NCBI GenBank assembly: GCA_002269645.1 | Contig: NIVC01002642.1 | Location: 16,012 to 80,011, forward strand | Direction of reading: 5' to 3' | Source of the DNA: Macrostomum lignano | Taxonomy: Eukaryota | Length of the DNA stretch: 64,000 nucleotides | In this document: in pieces, positions 25,941-40,390 of the stretch | Position numbering within the stretch: position 1 is the first letter of the stretch | How the letters are laid out: each line of letters begins with the position of its first letter | Translations under genes and position numbers: made by a program | Notes under the pieces: model-generated | Database searches by the model: none | What the model saw: the letters and a program-made list of their open reading frames with translations, nothing else | What the model was told of the DNA's origin: nothing

Positions 25941-27100
25941 CTACGCCCCCCGTTGGGGAGCCAAAGAAATGCAATACACGTTTTTTTAATAAACTACATG
26001 TATCCTTGAAATCTTAAAAAATCTCCTGTCAAACCTTGTAAGCCTTGACATGTCAGTAATCCCCCCCCCCACAAGCTTTAACATATCAACTTCCCCCCTT
26101 GACATCTCAGCAATGCCCCAAATAAGCCTTGGAAATCTAAAAATATCTGTCAACCTTCTAACCCTAACCCTAGCCTAACCCTAACCCTAACCTAACCCTA
26201 AAGCATTGAAATTTCAGTAATTCTCTCTAAGAGTCATTATAGCACTACTACAGCATTATAGCGATTCCCTGCAAGCCTCGACATCGTAGAGATTCCCAAA
26301 TGAATCTCTTAACTTCGACATGAAGCTTATTTTATTTTTTACATTACGCTTTTTTTATCAGCGATCCCTCCCCAGAGGAGGCATCAAATAATGTAATAAA
26401 AAGTTTTCAATAAACTACATGTAGCTTCTGACTTTAGCCTTGAAATCTCATTTATACCCCGTGAACCTTGACATCTCAGATATTCCCCCCGTAAGTCTTA
26501 ACATGTCAGCAATGGCCCCCATAAACCTTGAAATCTAAAAAATCCCCTGTTATTCTGTTAACCTTGAAATCCGATAAAATATAACCCTCAACCCACACCT
26601 GACCTAAACCTAACTTTAACCCAACCTAAAGCCTTGAAATCTCAGCAATTCTTCTCCCCTAAGCCTTGACATTTTAGTGATTCCTTCTTTAAGAATCACA
26701 GCACTATAACGATTTCCACCAAGCTTTGACATCGTAGCAATTCCCAAATGAATCTTTTAACTTCGACATGACTTTTCTTTTATGTATACGTAGTGCTACT
26801 TTTATTTTTTACATGACTCTTCTTCTATCAGCGCCCCCCCCCCCGTGGCGAGCCAACAAATAATGCAATAAAAAAATTGAGTAAAGTACATGAACTTTGA
26901 AGTAGCTTCTGACTTTTGCTTTGACATCTCAGAACCCCCCCGTAATCTCAGTTATTCTCTGAGAGCCTTTACGTCTCAGTTTTTCTCCCCAGCACAGCAT
27001 TATAGCTGCATTTAATTTTTACATGACACCCTTCATGTCTGACATGACGCTTCTTTTATTCTACCATGATGCTTCTTAATTTTTTAAATGACACTTTCAT
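25941..27100. repeat. Three diverged modules of about 420-470 bp (starts near 25941, 26361, 26831)
   Basis: Recurring blocks: C-run hairpin...AATGCAATA...AATAAACTACATG, CCTTGACATCTCAG, and CAATTCCCAAATGAATC...AACTTCGACATGA. Confidence 0.7.
26159..26200. repeat. Interstitial telomere-like (CCCTAA)n tract, degenerate
   Basis: TAACCCTAACCCTAGCCTAACCCTAACCCTAACCTAACCCTAA. Confidence 0.7.
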
Positions 27101-29480
27101 TAGTTTTTAAATGAGGCTCCTATGATTTTTTCATGACGCTTCTATGATTTTTACATGACACTTCTATGATTTTTTATATGACGCTTCTATGATTGTTTAT
27201 ATGACGCTTCTATGCTTTTTACATGACGCTTCTATGATTTTTTTACATAACGCTTCCATGATTGTTTACATGACGCTTCTATGATTGTTTACATGACGCT
27301 TCTATGATTGTTTACATGACGCTTCTATGATTTTTTACATGACGCTTCTATGATTATTTCATGACGCTTCTACGATTTCTGCAGGACGCTTCAATGATTT
27401 TTACATGACGCTTTTATGATTTTTACATGACGCTTCTATGATTGTTTACATGACGCTTCTATGATTGTTTATACGACGCTTCTATGATTTTTACATGACG
27501 CTTCTATGCTTTTTACATGACGCTTCTATGATTGTTTACATGACGCTTCTATGATTGTTTCATGACGCTTCTATGATTGTTTACATGACGCTTCTATGAT
27601 TGTTTACATGACGCTTCTATGATTGTTTACATGACGCTTCTATGATTGTTTATACGACGCTTCTATGATTTTTACATGACGCTTCTATGCTTTTTACATG
27701 ACGCTTCTATGATTTTTTACATGACGCTTCTATGATTTTTTACATGACGCTTCTATGATTGTTTACATGACGCTTCTATGATTGTTTATACGACGCTTCT
27801 ATGATTTTTACATGACGCTTCTATGCTTTTTACATGACGCTTCTATGATTTTTTACATGACGCTTCTATGATTGTTTCATGACGCTTCTATGATTGTTTA
27901 CATGACGCTTCTATGATTTTTTACATGACGCTTCTATGATTGTTTACATGACGCTTCTATGATTGTTTATACGACGCTTCTATGATTTTTACATGACGCT
28001 TCTATGCTTTTTACATGACGCTTCTATGATTTTTTACATGACGCTTCTATGATTGTTTCATGACGCTTCTATGATTTTTTACATGGCGCTTCTATGATTG
28101 TTTACATGGCGCTTCTATGATTGTTTACATGACGCTTCTATGATTTTTTACATGACGCTTCTATGATTGTTTACATGACGCTTCCATGATTTTTTACATG
28201 ACGCTTCTATGATTGTTTACATGACGCTTCTATGATTGTTTACATGACGCTTCTATGATTGTTTACATGACGCTTCTATGATTTTTATATGACGCTTCTA
28301 TGATTGTTTACATGACGCTTCTATGATTGTTTACATGACGCTTCTATGATTGTTTAAATGACGCTTCTATGATTGTTTACATGACGCTTCTATGATTTTT
28401 TACATGACGCTTCTATGATTGTTTACATGACGCTTCTATGATTTTTTACATGACGCTTCTATGATTGTTTACATGACGCTTCTATGATTGTTTCATGACG
28501 CTTCTATGATTGTTTACATGACGCTTCTATGATTGTTTACATGACGCTTCTATGATTGTTTACATGACGCTTCTATGATTGTTTATACGACGCTTCTATG
28601 ATTTTTACATGACGCTTCTATGCTTTTTACATGACGCTTCTATGATTTTTTACATGACGCTTCTATGATTGTTTCATGACGCTTCTATGATTGTTTACAT
28701 GACGCTTCTATGATTTTTTACATGACGCTTCTATGATTGTTTACATGACGCTTCTATGATTGTTTATACGACGCTTCTATGATTTTTACATGACGCTTCT
28801 ATGCTTTTTACATGACGCTTCTATGATTTTTTACATGACGCTTCTATGATTGTTTCATGACGCTTCTATGATTGTTTACATGACGCTTCTATGATTGTTT
28901 ACATGACGCTTCTATGATTGTTTATACGACGCTTCTATGATTTTTACATGACGCTTCTATGCTTTTTACATGACGCTTCTATGATTTTTTACATGACGCT
29001 TCTATGATTGTTTCATGACGCTTCTATGATTTTTTACATGGCGCTTCTATGATTGTTTACATGACGCTTCTATGATTTTTTACATGACGCTTCTATGATT
29101 GTTTACATGACGCTTCCATGATTTTTTACATGACGCTTCTATGATTGTTTACATGACGCTTCTATGATTGTTTACATGACGCTTCTATGATTGTTTACAT
29201 GACGCTTCTATGATTGTTTACATGACGCTTCTATGATTGTTTACATGACGCTTCTATGATTGTTTACATGACGCTTCTATGATTTTTATATGACGCTTCT
29301 ATGATTGTTTACATGACGCTTCTATGATTGTTTACATGACGCTTCTATGATTTTTTACATGACGCTTCTATGATTGTTTACATGACGCTTCTATGATTTT
29401 TTACATGACGCTTCTATGATTGTTTACATGACGCTTCTATGATTTTTTACATGACGCTTCTATGATTTTTACATGACGAT
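27100..29480. repeat. 22-23-bp AT-rich minisatellite (about 100 copies) with higher-order blocks
   Basis: Unit ACATGACGCTTCTATGATT(G/T)TTT; the variant ATACGACGC block recurs seven times. Confidence 0.96.
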
Positions 29481-31755
29481 TCTTTTTAAAAAGTCTTTTA
29501 GTTTTCCTGACGTTGAAAAGCTTTAATTAAAAAATTATACTCTATGAAAATTCGAACCATCGTCGCTGCATTTAACAGTTCAGTTTGTTCACCTCTAGGC
29601 TAGCTCTCATCGTTTTGATAACATCAAATTTTGCACTTATATAATTCAACACTTTAAAATCCAAGCATAGAGTAAATCACACGAAGCAGTTATGACATAA
29701 TCAGTTTCTCAGTCAGTCAGTATCAGTTAACAATATGGTTACGCAATCTAAATCAAGTCTGGTGCTACGCTTCCACACTGCATTTTCAATTCAAGTCGGA
29801 GTTACAATTCAGTTATGATGCAATCTATTTCAGAATCAGAATTCAACCAGTCAGTTTTTTCTCTAGCATTCTTACAATGCATTTCAAGTCGAAAAGTTTG
29901 CTTGACCTTTGCAAAAAAGCATGTTTTTCGAATATTTAATGCCTTTAGCATCAAGAAATTTCTTAGCCACGATGCATGTACGTCACGGGAAAATTTCTGA
30001 TCGAACAGTGCAAGTTCGAACAAAATCGGTACAGCCATTTTTTCTCTAATCGATCACATAGACACAGACAGACCATTTTTAGTATATAGGATTTTTAGTT
30101 TATTATATACCAGTAAGGTAATGTTACTTAAGTATTTTCCTTATCTTGACCTGGCCCTATAGTTGTTTATTGTTTATAGTTTTTATAAAAATATATATTT
30201 TTATTTTTATCATCCTAATAATTGTCAAATAATAGCTAATAAACTACTTAAGCTTGATTAGTTAATTTTTGTATTATCACTTAGCTCAAGATTGGTTTAA
30301 AAAAACATCAAGGCTTGTTAAAACGATTATATATATATATTCTATGTTTTTGAGTATTATATTTGTTTCTTTACCATTTTTGTAACTTTATTTTTTATAA
30401 TTGGTTGTTTTATTAGATTCCTTTACATAGATCTATCCAAATAAAACTATGAGGATAAATCCTTATGCAAAAAATTGTTGGTAATAGCTATCTATCTATG
30501 TCTATTGCCATTGGTATATAGTTAATTTAATTTAATTAATTTTAACAAAAAAATAAATAGTTATAAGATATTTTTAGTAATAAATCATTAAAAAAACTAA
30601 ATAGCTTATTTGGTTTACAATTTAAGCATATTTTATAACAAAATTCATTATCAATCTATATAAAACCATTGGCTATCTTGCAAAATTGTTAGTTTAATTA
30701 TTTTTTAACTTTAATACAAGTTCAAATTTAAAGGATTTTCTTATGCTATGGCATGATAAATTAAAGCTATCTATAGTTTTAACTTATGACCAACAATACA
30801 TTAAATACTGACTTGGTATGACAATTTTTATATAACCAGCTGTTTAGGATTTCATATCCATCTATATAGAAATTTTATCTATGAGTATTATATAGACATC
30901 AAAAATAGACAAAGAAAATTATTATTTATAAATGCTAGCAAATAGCTATTGTATATTATAGTTATCAACCCTTTTTTATAATAAAATTCATTTATGTTTT
31001 ATATATTAAAAAATAGCAACCTCTATAAATTGGTATAAGGGTGCTAAATCTTTATATCTTTATTTGGTAAATTATCTTGGTTTTTATTAAAAATGCAACT
31101 TAGTTTTATAATTTCTCCAAAAACGAAGTAAAAAATATTTGACATTCATCAAATTCAGTCAAAAAAAGTAAAGAAACATTATAGTGGATTTCAATTTTGT
31201 TTAATTATTGATATAAATATAAACAAAATATTTGTTGCTTCAAATGATAATTATTTCTATATATGATACTTATGCCTCCTAAGATCCAAAACTTTTAACA
31301 ATTGTGAACCATATACTATTAATTATTAAAGATAACAATCTGTCATTTAAAAAAGATGCCAATTTCTACTCATTAATAAACTAGGCTGTGTTTATTTGAG
31401 AAGAAGAAATAGCTATAAAACATTAATGGATTTTGTCTGTAAACTTAGCTTGATATATTGATACAATAGAGCATTACAATTTGTATTTCTTGTTTTATAT
31501 ATTAGCTTTTTAAAAGTTGAAGCAATATTTATTCCTTCTGTAGTCCTAAAATTCTAAAATTCTATATATGTTTAGACTGTGCTAGCAACCTGAAGGCCTA
31601 TGGAGGTGCTGGCCCATTAAAAGTCAGTAAACAGTGAATAAACCATCTCAAGCATGTCTGTCACTATCATACAACTGATGCCTACACTTGTCCATCAGTG
31701 CTAGCGATTATCAGCAGTTCGGCAGTAAGTAAAGCCACTCGCCCATCAATAAAAC

Positions 31756-34706
31756 ATGGATCAGTCCCAGCAGCCCAAGCGCCGCTTCTGGAGCAACCAG
31801 CTGGATTATATTAAGCGAGAGGCCCTGCCGGCACTGATGAAACTGCCGAACGCTTGGCCATTCAAGACCCCTGTTGACCCGTGCGCCTGTGCATACCCGA
31901 CTACCCAAACATAGTGCTGAAGCCGATGGATCTCAACACGGTGAAAAACCGACTCAACAGCGGCAAAGTGTACCAGAGCGGCCAGGAGTGCATTGACGAT
32001 ATCAATAATATCTTTTTAAATTGTTTCGTATTCAACAAGCCCGGCGAGGACGTTGTGTTCATGGCCGAAGAAGTCGAGGCCGTCTTCCGGGAGAAGATGC
32101 GCAATTACCCCACTGTGGAGAAGGAGATCGGCTCCGGCAAGCAGCCTGCCGCCGCGCCTCCCACAGCGCCTGCGGCTATTAAAAAGTCGCCTCAACCGCC
32201 GGTTGCGCCTGCGGCACCAGCGCTGGCTAAGCGACGCGACGACAGCGCGTCAGCGACGACGACGACTCCGGCGACAACCAAGGCCTCAGCGACGCCGCAA
32301 CAGATGACGAAAAGTTCCACAGCTGCAGCGCCGACGCAACCAGCCAAGACGTCGGCAGCAAACGCGACGCCTGCGGTATCGGCGGCGACGAAAACTACGC
32401 CTGTGCCGAGCCAAGCGCAGCGGCGGGCAGTGAAGCGGCCGCCGGTGAAACGGGAGCCAGCGACGCAATCGGCTGTAGTCGCCGACCAGCCGGCAGCGTC
32501 GGCGCCAGCAGCCGGCAAGTCGTCCGACAGTCTGAAAGACTGCGCCAGCCTGCTGAAAGACGTGACCTCGGCCAAGCACAAGTCCATTAACTGGCCTTTT
32601 CTAGAGCCCGTCGACGTGACGGCGTTAGGCCTGACCGACTACTACGATGTTATCAGCCAGCCGATGGACCTGAGCACCATCCGCAAGAAGCTGGAGGCCG
32701 GCCAGTACGCCGATCGGGACCAATTCGCGTCGGACTTCCGGCTCATGCTCAACAACTGTTTCCGGTACAATCCGCAGAATTCCGATGTCTATAAAGTCGG
32801 CAAAGAACTGTTGAAATACTTCAACGAACAGTTCGCACGTCTGTGCGCCGCTGCCCAGCCAGCCCGCGGTGATGCCACCGTCAACAGCGGCAGCGGTCGA
32901 TCGGCGGCCGCGGCGCCTGCGCCAGCCGTTACCGCCAACAGTCACGGCGCTTCGTCGGCCGCAGGTGGCCGTGGCGGTGGCGCGACAAGCGACGCAGCTG
33001 GGGCAGCGGCGTCAACAGCGGCTCAGCCAGCCGATGTTGCTCGAGTTCGCGAGCTATCGATTCGAATCGAGGAGCTGTACTCTCAGGTGGGCTTTCTATT
33101 GCAAATTTGCATGCTTAATATTCAAGGCTAAAGTACATTGTTAAAGTGCATGCAATGTGCATGCTAATCTAACTATTATTACAGATGACATCCTGCGTGG
33201 AAGAAATCAGGGCCCTGTTGGCCTCTCGTCAGCTGCCGAGCGCCACGCTCGCCGCAACCCCTGGTCCGTCTGGCCGCAAGCAGTCGCAGTCGCAGCAGCA
33301 GCAGTCCCAGTCGCAGCGACGAACCACCGCAGGTGCCAGCCGAGCGTCAAAGACGCCCGCGACGTCGACTCCAGCACTGCCGGCAGCCGCAGCAACCGCC
33401 ACCGTCTCGGACCGACGTGCCGCCGCTCAGGCAGCTCCGCAACAGGCGGCGTCAGCGGCGCCTGCAGCGACGCCAGCTGGAAGAAAAGCGGCGGCAACGC
33501 CGGCCTCTGGCAAGCGGGGTGCCGGCGCCGCCGCTGCTGGCTCCCTGGGCAAGGGCGGCGCAGCGCCGGCACGCCGCGGCCGCAAGCAGCAGTCGGCACC
33601 AGCGCAGGCAGCCGCCGCCGGCTGGGCCTCGGACGAAGACGTCGGCTCTGCCAAGCCGATGACCTACGAAGAGAAGCGACAGCTGTCTCTGGACATTAAA
33701 AACCTGCCCGGGGACCGACTGGGCCGGGTTGTTCAAATCATCCAGATGCGCGAGCCCACCCTGCGCGACTCGAATCCGGACGAGATTGAAATCGACTTCG
33801 AGACTCTGCAGCACGCCACCCTGCGCGAGCTGGAGAAATACGTCCGCTCCGTGCTGCACTCCAAGCCGGCACCGGCGCCCGTCCCGGCGGCGTCCTCGGC
33901 GAAGCCGGCGGCGGCTGCCACGACCGCGGCAAAACGACGAGCTCCGGCCGCTGCGCACGGTGCCGGAGCGGAGAAGCGAGCTAGAAAAGGTCAGCGTGCT
34001 TGAAAATTAAGGGCAATGCACGGGCGGCCTCCCTGTGTGTTTTGTAGGATCTTCAGCGTAGTTAAGCACTTTAGGGTGGAGCCACAGATACTAGAATGAC
34101 TAGATGGGCCACTCAGCAAATTTGCGTGTAAGCTACTTTCAGCTCAGTAGCAAGTTAAAGGGAAGCAATTAATGTATTTTAAAGCCAAGGCTCATTTATT
34201 GGCTCTTACCCCCCCCCCAGCTTAAACCCTCTAGCCGCGCCTTTCCACACTACCCCACTTCCCGCCCCGCCCCAATTTTCACTGCCTTCCTCGGAATTCC
34301 AGCCTAAAGCTGCCATGTACATTTCAGTGGACTGGCTTTATTTTTATAAAATAGCTTATGTAGTCTTCTTTGCTACTGAACTGAAAGTAGAAAGCTGTGT
34401 TACTAAGTGATTATGCCTGAGTGGCCCATCTAGCCATTTTAGTATCTGTGGGGTGAAGTGATTAACACGCTAAGGACGGGAGATGTCTTTCTTTCTTCAA
34501 CGACTCATTTAGGAGAAAATTGCCAGTTTTTCAGCAGAATAATATACAACACTAGCGGTTTCACCCCTCCCTCCGCCGACTCTGCAGGCGCCGCGCCGCC
34601 TCCGCCGCCAGCCGCAGGCCCCGACTCCAGCAGCTCAGGTAGCGACGACAGCTCGTCGGACTCGTCAGATTCGGATTCGTCCGACTCAGACTCGGACTCG
34701 GCTTGA
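31756..34706 (+). CDS. BRD2/3/4-like: BET-family bromodomain protein (BD1, BD2, coiled-coil motif B, ET, Ser/Asp SEED tail); exons 31756-33086, 33185-33989, 34588-34706; one 1-nt frameshift at about 31881
   Basis: BD1 NQLDYI..AWPF..PVDP|(V)[25 protein letters not shown]2 [24 protein letters not shown] domain [30 protein letters not shown]. Intron phases (0, then 1) are consistent. Confidence 0.9.
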
Positions 34707-35333
34707 GCTGTGAGCTAATTAACTGTGTTAGCCCGGCCTGATTCTCTGTATATGCGACTCTAAAATGCTTATATTATCGCTAATCAGTAGTATATATAGA
34801 ACAAAAACATACTCCAATTTTTCGCGTCCTTAATTAGACACTCAAAAGCCTCCCTCCCTTGACAGTTGGACTTGGCACTTGGTAGGGAAATTTCTATTGA
34901 GAGCCAGGTACAATATATTCAATTTCGTGCTTTGAACTTGCGCAATTAAAAATATCTGCCACGGTCTCTTCTCACCCTTGTGTTTTGTTAGCCTTTTTTT
35001 CTATCTCCTTTTTTACCTATCCATCTTCTATTCGTGTTCTTATATTTATTAATTATAGTCGCAATAAGCAACTCATCCTTGTGCTGCTATTTTTATCTGA
35101 TATAGGCCTCGATTCTATGGCATTAAACTGTAAATATGTATTGTTTTGTTTGCTTTATAATGCTTGTTATTACAATTATGTAGCATATTATAATATACAT
35201 GCGTGTATGCGTGCAGTGTGAGGCAGCGCTGCTTATGATTTCTCCTTTCTTTGTGTAAGTTTTCGTTAAATTTATGATGCGAGTCAAGTCCCTCATCAAA
35301 TTAACACGATTCTGCGTTATAAATACAATCCAA

Positions 35334-35662
35334 CAAGCTTAGATAATCCCTATCAGAGTGCTCAACAACTCCAATCCCACAAGCTTAGATAATCCCTATC
35401 AGAGTGCTCAACAACTTAAATCCCACAAGCTTAGATAATCCCCATCGGAGTGCTCAACAACTCAAATCCCACAAGCTTAGATAATCCCTATCGGAGTGCT
35501 CAACAACTCAAATCCCACAAGCTTAGATAATCCCCATCAGAGTGCTCAACAACTCCAATCCCACAAGCTTAGATAATCCCTATCAGAGTGCTCAACAACT
35601 CCAATCCCCCAAGCTTAGATAATCCCCATCGGAGTGCTCAAGAACTCAAATCCCCAAGCTTA
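35334..35662. repeat. 46-bp minisatellite (about 7 copies)
   Basis: CAAGCTTAGATAATCCCTATCAGAGTGCTCAACAACTCCAATCCCA. Confidence 0.92.
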
Positions 35663-37026
35663 TAGATCCTTTTGCTGCCCAAACCACAGCCAGTCATCTG
35701 TTAATTGTATTAATCGTTATAGCTTATCGTTGAACACAGGCATTTTAGCGCAATATGTTGCAGCGAGTTACGGTTGATGTTATTATTCGAATCATATACA
35801 TGTAATTATTCTGTTATTGCTTTTGTTTGACGCGTATTGGACCCCCAGATTAAAATCTGGCTCCGGCTTCAGTGTGCCTGGCTGCCAGACGCTCCATTTC
35901 TATGTGGATTTTTATGTATAATATTTATCCGTTATTAATATGGCGGCTTAGCATATCATTATTAATATTGAGGCGGCCGCAGATGAAGCCGCCTCTGCCG
36001 ATCAGATTCTGGTCATTACAGCTTTTCAATTTCATACAAAAAACTCTGTTAGACATTGCCCTGTCATCTTTTTATATTCTCTATGCCACACACTCTCATG
36101 TGACTACTCACTATGCAGCTGTTCGAGTAGTCAGTATAGCTTTTTAAAAAAATTAATTGCGATTGCAGCAACCAATTTTTGTGTGTCATGTCCCTCTCTT
36201 CATTATTTTACAGCTTGTGCAGCCGTCGGGCCCTTCGTTACCCAGTGCACTTTTTAGCTGATGCCAGTCTTGTATGGGGGTGTCGTTCTGTACTTGGTTT
36301 TTCTCTTAAATTCTATATATATTAAACTATAAATAGTGACACGTTACCGCATAATTTAATTTAATTGTTATCTTAGCAGCGCACAGGAACGCAGCAAATT
36401 AGTTTGTCTTATTAAAGTTCATCTTCAGCTCGATGTTTTATTATTTAACAGATAATGATGGATACTGCAGTTTATGCCAACTTGAGACATTATAGACTCA
36501 AGATTGCTTGATGTAGTTGAGCCCCAGAGACTGTTCATAGGGTCAGCAACTGTCCATTGTGGTCGTGACTTAGCACTAAATTGGTCATATTTAGCGAGTA
36601 ATATCCTTCAGTAAGTAATTTGGGAACTCTACAGTGCTCATAAATATGCATTTTCACGTACATGCACTTGAGGAATTAAAGTGCAATACTGTTCTTTTTT
36701 ATATGCCTCTATACGCTCGTACTGGCTTTTTATTGAAGCAGCAGTATGCTCTATATAACTAATTGATAATCAAAAGTCTCAGCTTCAACTCCCTGGAGAA
36801 TACTGTACTGCTGCTTTGTAAGTCATGCGAGCATTAACGCCGTGATGCTGGCATGAGGCTGAGAGAAAACGGGCCGATTCAGTAAGCCAGGTACAGAGAG
36901 GCAGGCCAGGTGCATGATCGATCAGGAGAATTTTAAAGGACGGTATAGAATTAGAAACAAGGGAAGGACGCGCACGGACACCGGCAACTAAAGATGGTTT
37001 CATGTCCGACAAACTTAGCAATGGTC

Positions 37027-40000
37027 TTCATATCACCGACACTTCATCTCTCCGATTCTTCATATCACCGACACTTCATCTCTCCGATTCTTCATATCAC
37101 CGATACTTCATCTCTCCGATTCTTCATATCACCGACACTTCATCTCTCCGATTCTTCATATCACCGACACTTCATCTCTCCGATTCTTCATATCACCGAC
37201 ACTTCATCTCTCCGATTCTTCATATCACCGACACTTCATCTCTCCGATTCTTCATATCACCGACACTTCATCTCTCCGATTCTTCATATCACCGACACTT
37301 CATCTCTCCGATTCTTCATATCACCGACACTTCATCTCTCCGATTCTTCATATCACCGACACTTCATCTCTCCGATTCTTCATATCACCGACACTTCATC
37401 TCCGATTCTTCATATCACCGACACTTCATCTCTCCGATTCTTCATATCACCGACGCTTCATCTCTCCGATTCTTCATATCACCGACACTTCATCTCTCCG
37501 ATTCTTCATATCACCGACACTTCATCTCTCCGATTCTTCATATCACCGACACTTCATCTCTCCGATTCTTCATATCACCGACACTTCATCTCTCCGATTC
37601 TTCATATCACCGACACTTCATCTCTCCGATTCTTCATATCACCGACACTTCATCTCTCCGATTCTTCATATCACCGACACTTCATCTCTCCGATTCTTCA
37701 TATCACCGACACTTCATCTCTCCGATTCTTCATATCACCGACACTTCATCTCCGATTCTTCATATCACCGATTCTTCATCTCTCCGATTCTTCATATCAC
37801 CGACACTTCATCTCTCCGATTCTTCATATCACCGACACTTCATCTCTCCGATTCTTCATATCACCGACACTTCATCTCTCCGATTCTTCATATCACCGAC
37901 ACTTCATCTCTCCGATTCTTCATATCACCGACACTTCATCTCTCCGATTCTTCATATCACCGACACTTCATCTCTCCGATTCTTCATATCACCGACACTT
38001 CATCTCTCCGATTCTTCATATCACCGATACTTCATCTCTCCGATTCTTCATATCACCGACACTTCATCTCTCCGATTCTTCATATCACCGACACTTCATC
38101 TCTCCGATTCTTCATATCACCGACACTTCATCTCTCCGATTCTTCATATCACCGACACTTCATCTCTCCGATTCTTCATATCACCGACACTTCATCTCTC
38201 CGATTCTTCATATCACCGACGCTTCATCTCTCCGATTCTTCATATCACCGACACTTCATCTCCGATTCTTCATATCACCGACACTTCATCTCCGATTCTT
38301 CATATCACCGACACTTCATCTCTCCGATTCTTCATATCACCGACACTTCATCTCCGATTCTTCATATCACCGATACTTCATCTCTCCGATTCTTCATATC
38401 ACCGATACTTCATCTCTCCGATTCTTCATATCACCGATACTTCATCTCTCCGATTCTTCATATCACCGACACTTCATCTCTCCGATTCTTCATATCACCG
38501 ACACTTCATCTCTCCGATTCTTCATATCACCGACACTTCATCTCTCCGATTCTTCATATCACCGACACTTCATCTCTCCGATTCTTCATATCACCGACGC
38601 TTCATCTCTCCGATTCTTCATATCACCGACACTTCATCTCCGATTCTTCATATCACCGACACTTCATCTCTCCGATTCTTCATATCACCGACACTTCATC
38701 TCTCCGATTTTTCATATCACCGACGCTTCATCTCTCCGATTCTTCATATCACCGACACTTAATCTCTCCGATTCTTCATATCACCGACGCTTCATCTCTC
38801 CGATTCTTCATATCACCGACACTTCATCTCTCCGATTCTTCATATCACCGACGCTTCATCTCTCCGATTCTTCATATCACCGACACTTCATCTCTCCGAT
38901 TCTTCATATCACCGACGCTTCATCTCTCCGATTCTTCATATCACCGACACTTCATCTCCGATTCTTCATATCACCGACACTTCATCTCCGATTCTTCATA
39001 TCACCGACACTTCATCTCTCCGATTCTTCATATCACCGACACTTCATCTCTCCGATTCTTCATATCACCGACACTTCATCTCTCCGATTCTTCATATCAC
39101 CGACACTTCATCTCTCCGATTTTTCATATCACCGACGCTTCATCTCCGATTCTTCATATCACCGACGCTTCATCTCTCCGATTCTTCATATCACCGACAC
39201 TTCATCTCCGATTCTTCATATCACCGACACTTCATCTCTCCGATTCTTCATATCACCGACGCTTCATCTCTCCGATTTTTCATATCACCGACGCTTCATC
39301 TCCGATTCTTCATATCACCGACGCTTCATCTCCGATTCTTCATATCACCGACACTTCATCTCTCCGATTCTTCATATCACCGACGCTTCATCTCCGATTC
39401 TTCATATCACCGACACTTCATCTCTCCGATTCTTCATATCACCGACACTTCATCTCTCCGATTCTTCATATCACCGACACTTCATCTCTCCGATTCTTCA
39501 TATCACCGACACTTCATCTCCGATTCTTCATATCACCGACACTTCATCTCCGATTCTTCATATCACCGACGCTTCATCTCCGATTCTTCATATCACCGAC
39601 GCTTCATCTCTGATTTTTCATATCACCGACGCTTCATCTCCGATTCTTCATATCACCGACGCTTCATCTCTCCGATTCTTCATATCACCGACACTTCATC
39701 TCCGATTCTTCATATCACCGACACTTCATCTCTCCGATTCTTCATATCACCGACACTTCATCTCTCCGATTTTTCATATCACCGACGCTTCATCTCCGAT
39801 TCTTCATATCACCGACGCTTCATCTCCGATTCTTCATATCACCGACACTTCATCTCTCCGATTCTTCATATCACCGACGCTTCATCTCCGATTCTTCATA
39901 TCACCGACACTTCATCTCTCCGATTCTTCATATCACCGACACTTCATCTCTCCGATTCTTCATATCACCGACACTTCATCTCTCCGATTCTTCATATCAC

Positions 40001-40390
40001 CGACGCTTCATCTCTCCGATTCTTCATATCACCGACACTTCATCTCTCCGATTCTTCATATCACCGACACTTCATCTCCGATTCTTCATATCACCGACAC
40101 TTCATCTCTCCGATTCTTCATATCACCGACACTTCATCTCTCCGATTCTTCATATCACCGACACTTCATCTCTCCGATTCTTCATATCACCGACACTTCA
40201 TCTCTCCAATTCTTCATATCACTGACACTTCATATCTCCGGCCGATTCTTCATATCTCCAGCCGATTCTTCATATCTCCTGCACTTCATATCTCCGACTC
40301 TTCATATCTCGACTCTGACTCTTCATATCCAAAAGTTCATATCTCCAGAAAATATGAAGTGTCGGTGATATGAAGTGTCGGAAATATGAA
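37027..40390. repeat. 32/30-bp minisatellite (dimer of 16-mers, about 105 copies) ending in inverted copies
   Basis: TTCATATCACCGACAC + TTCATCTCTCCGATTC; reverse-complement copies at 40352-40390. The 1124-aa ORF is an artefact. Confidence 0.96.

Larger units (their letters stand above)
25931..30091 (+). mobile_element. Probable non-autonomous Helentron/Helitron-type element carrying internal tandem repeats
   Basis: The 5' end AACTAGC... is followed by a CCCCC-CGTT-GGGG hairpin. The 3' end reads CAAGTT...AAAATCGGTACAGCCATTT...ACACAGACAGAC...TTTTAGTATATAG, which resembles Lep1/DINE-1-like termini from memory. No TSD. Boundaries are uncertain. Confidence 0.45.

Noticed and set aside
36994-40368. 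1124-aa ORF
   Set aside because: Stop-poor pyrimidine-rich satellite; no unique coding sequence.
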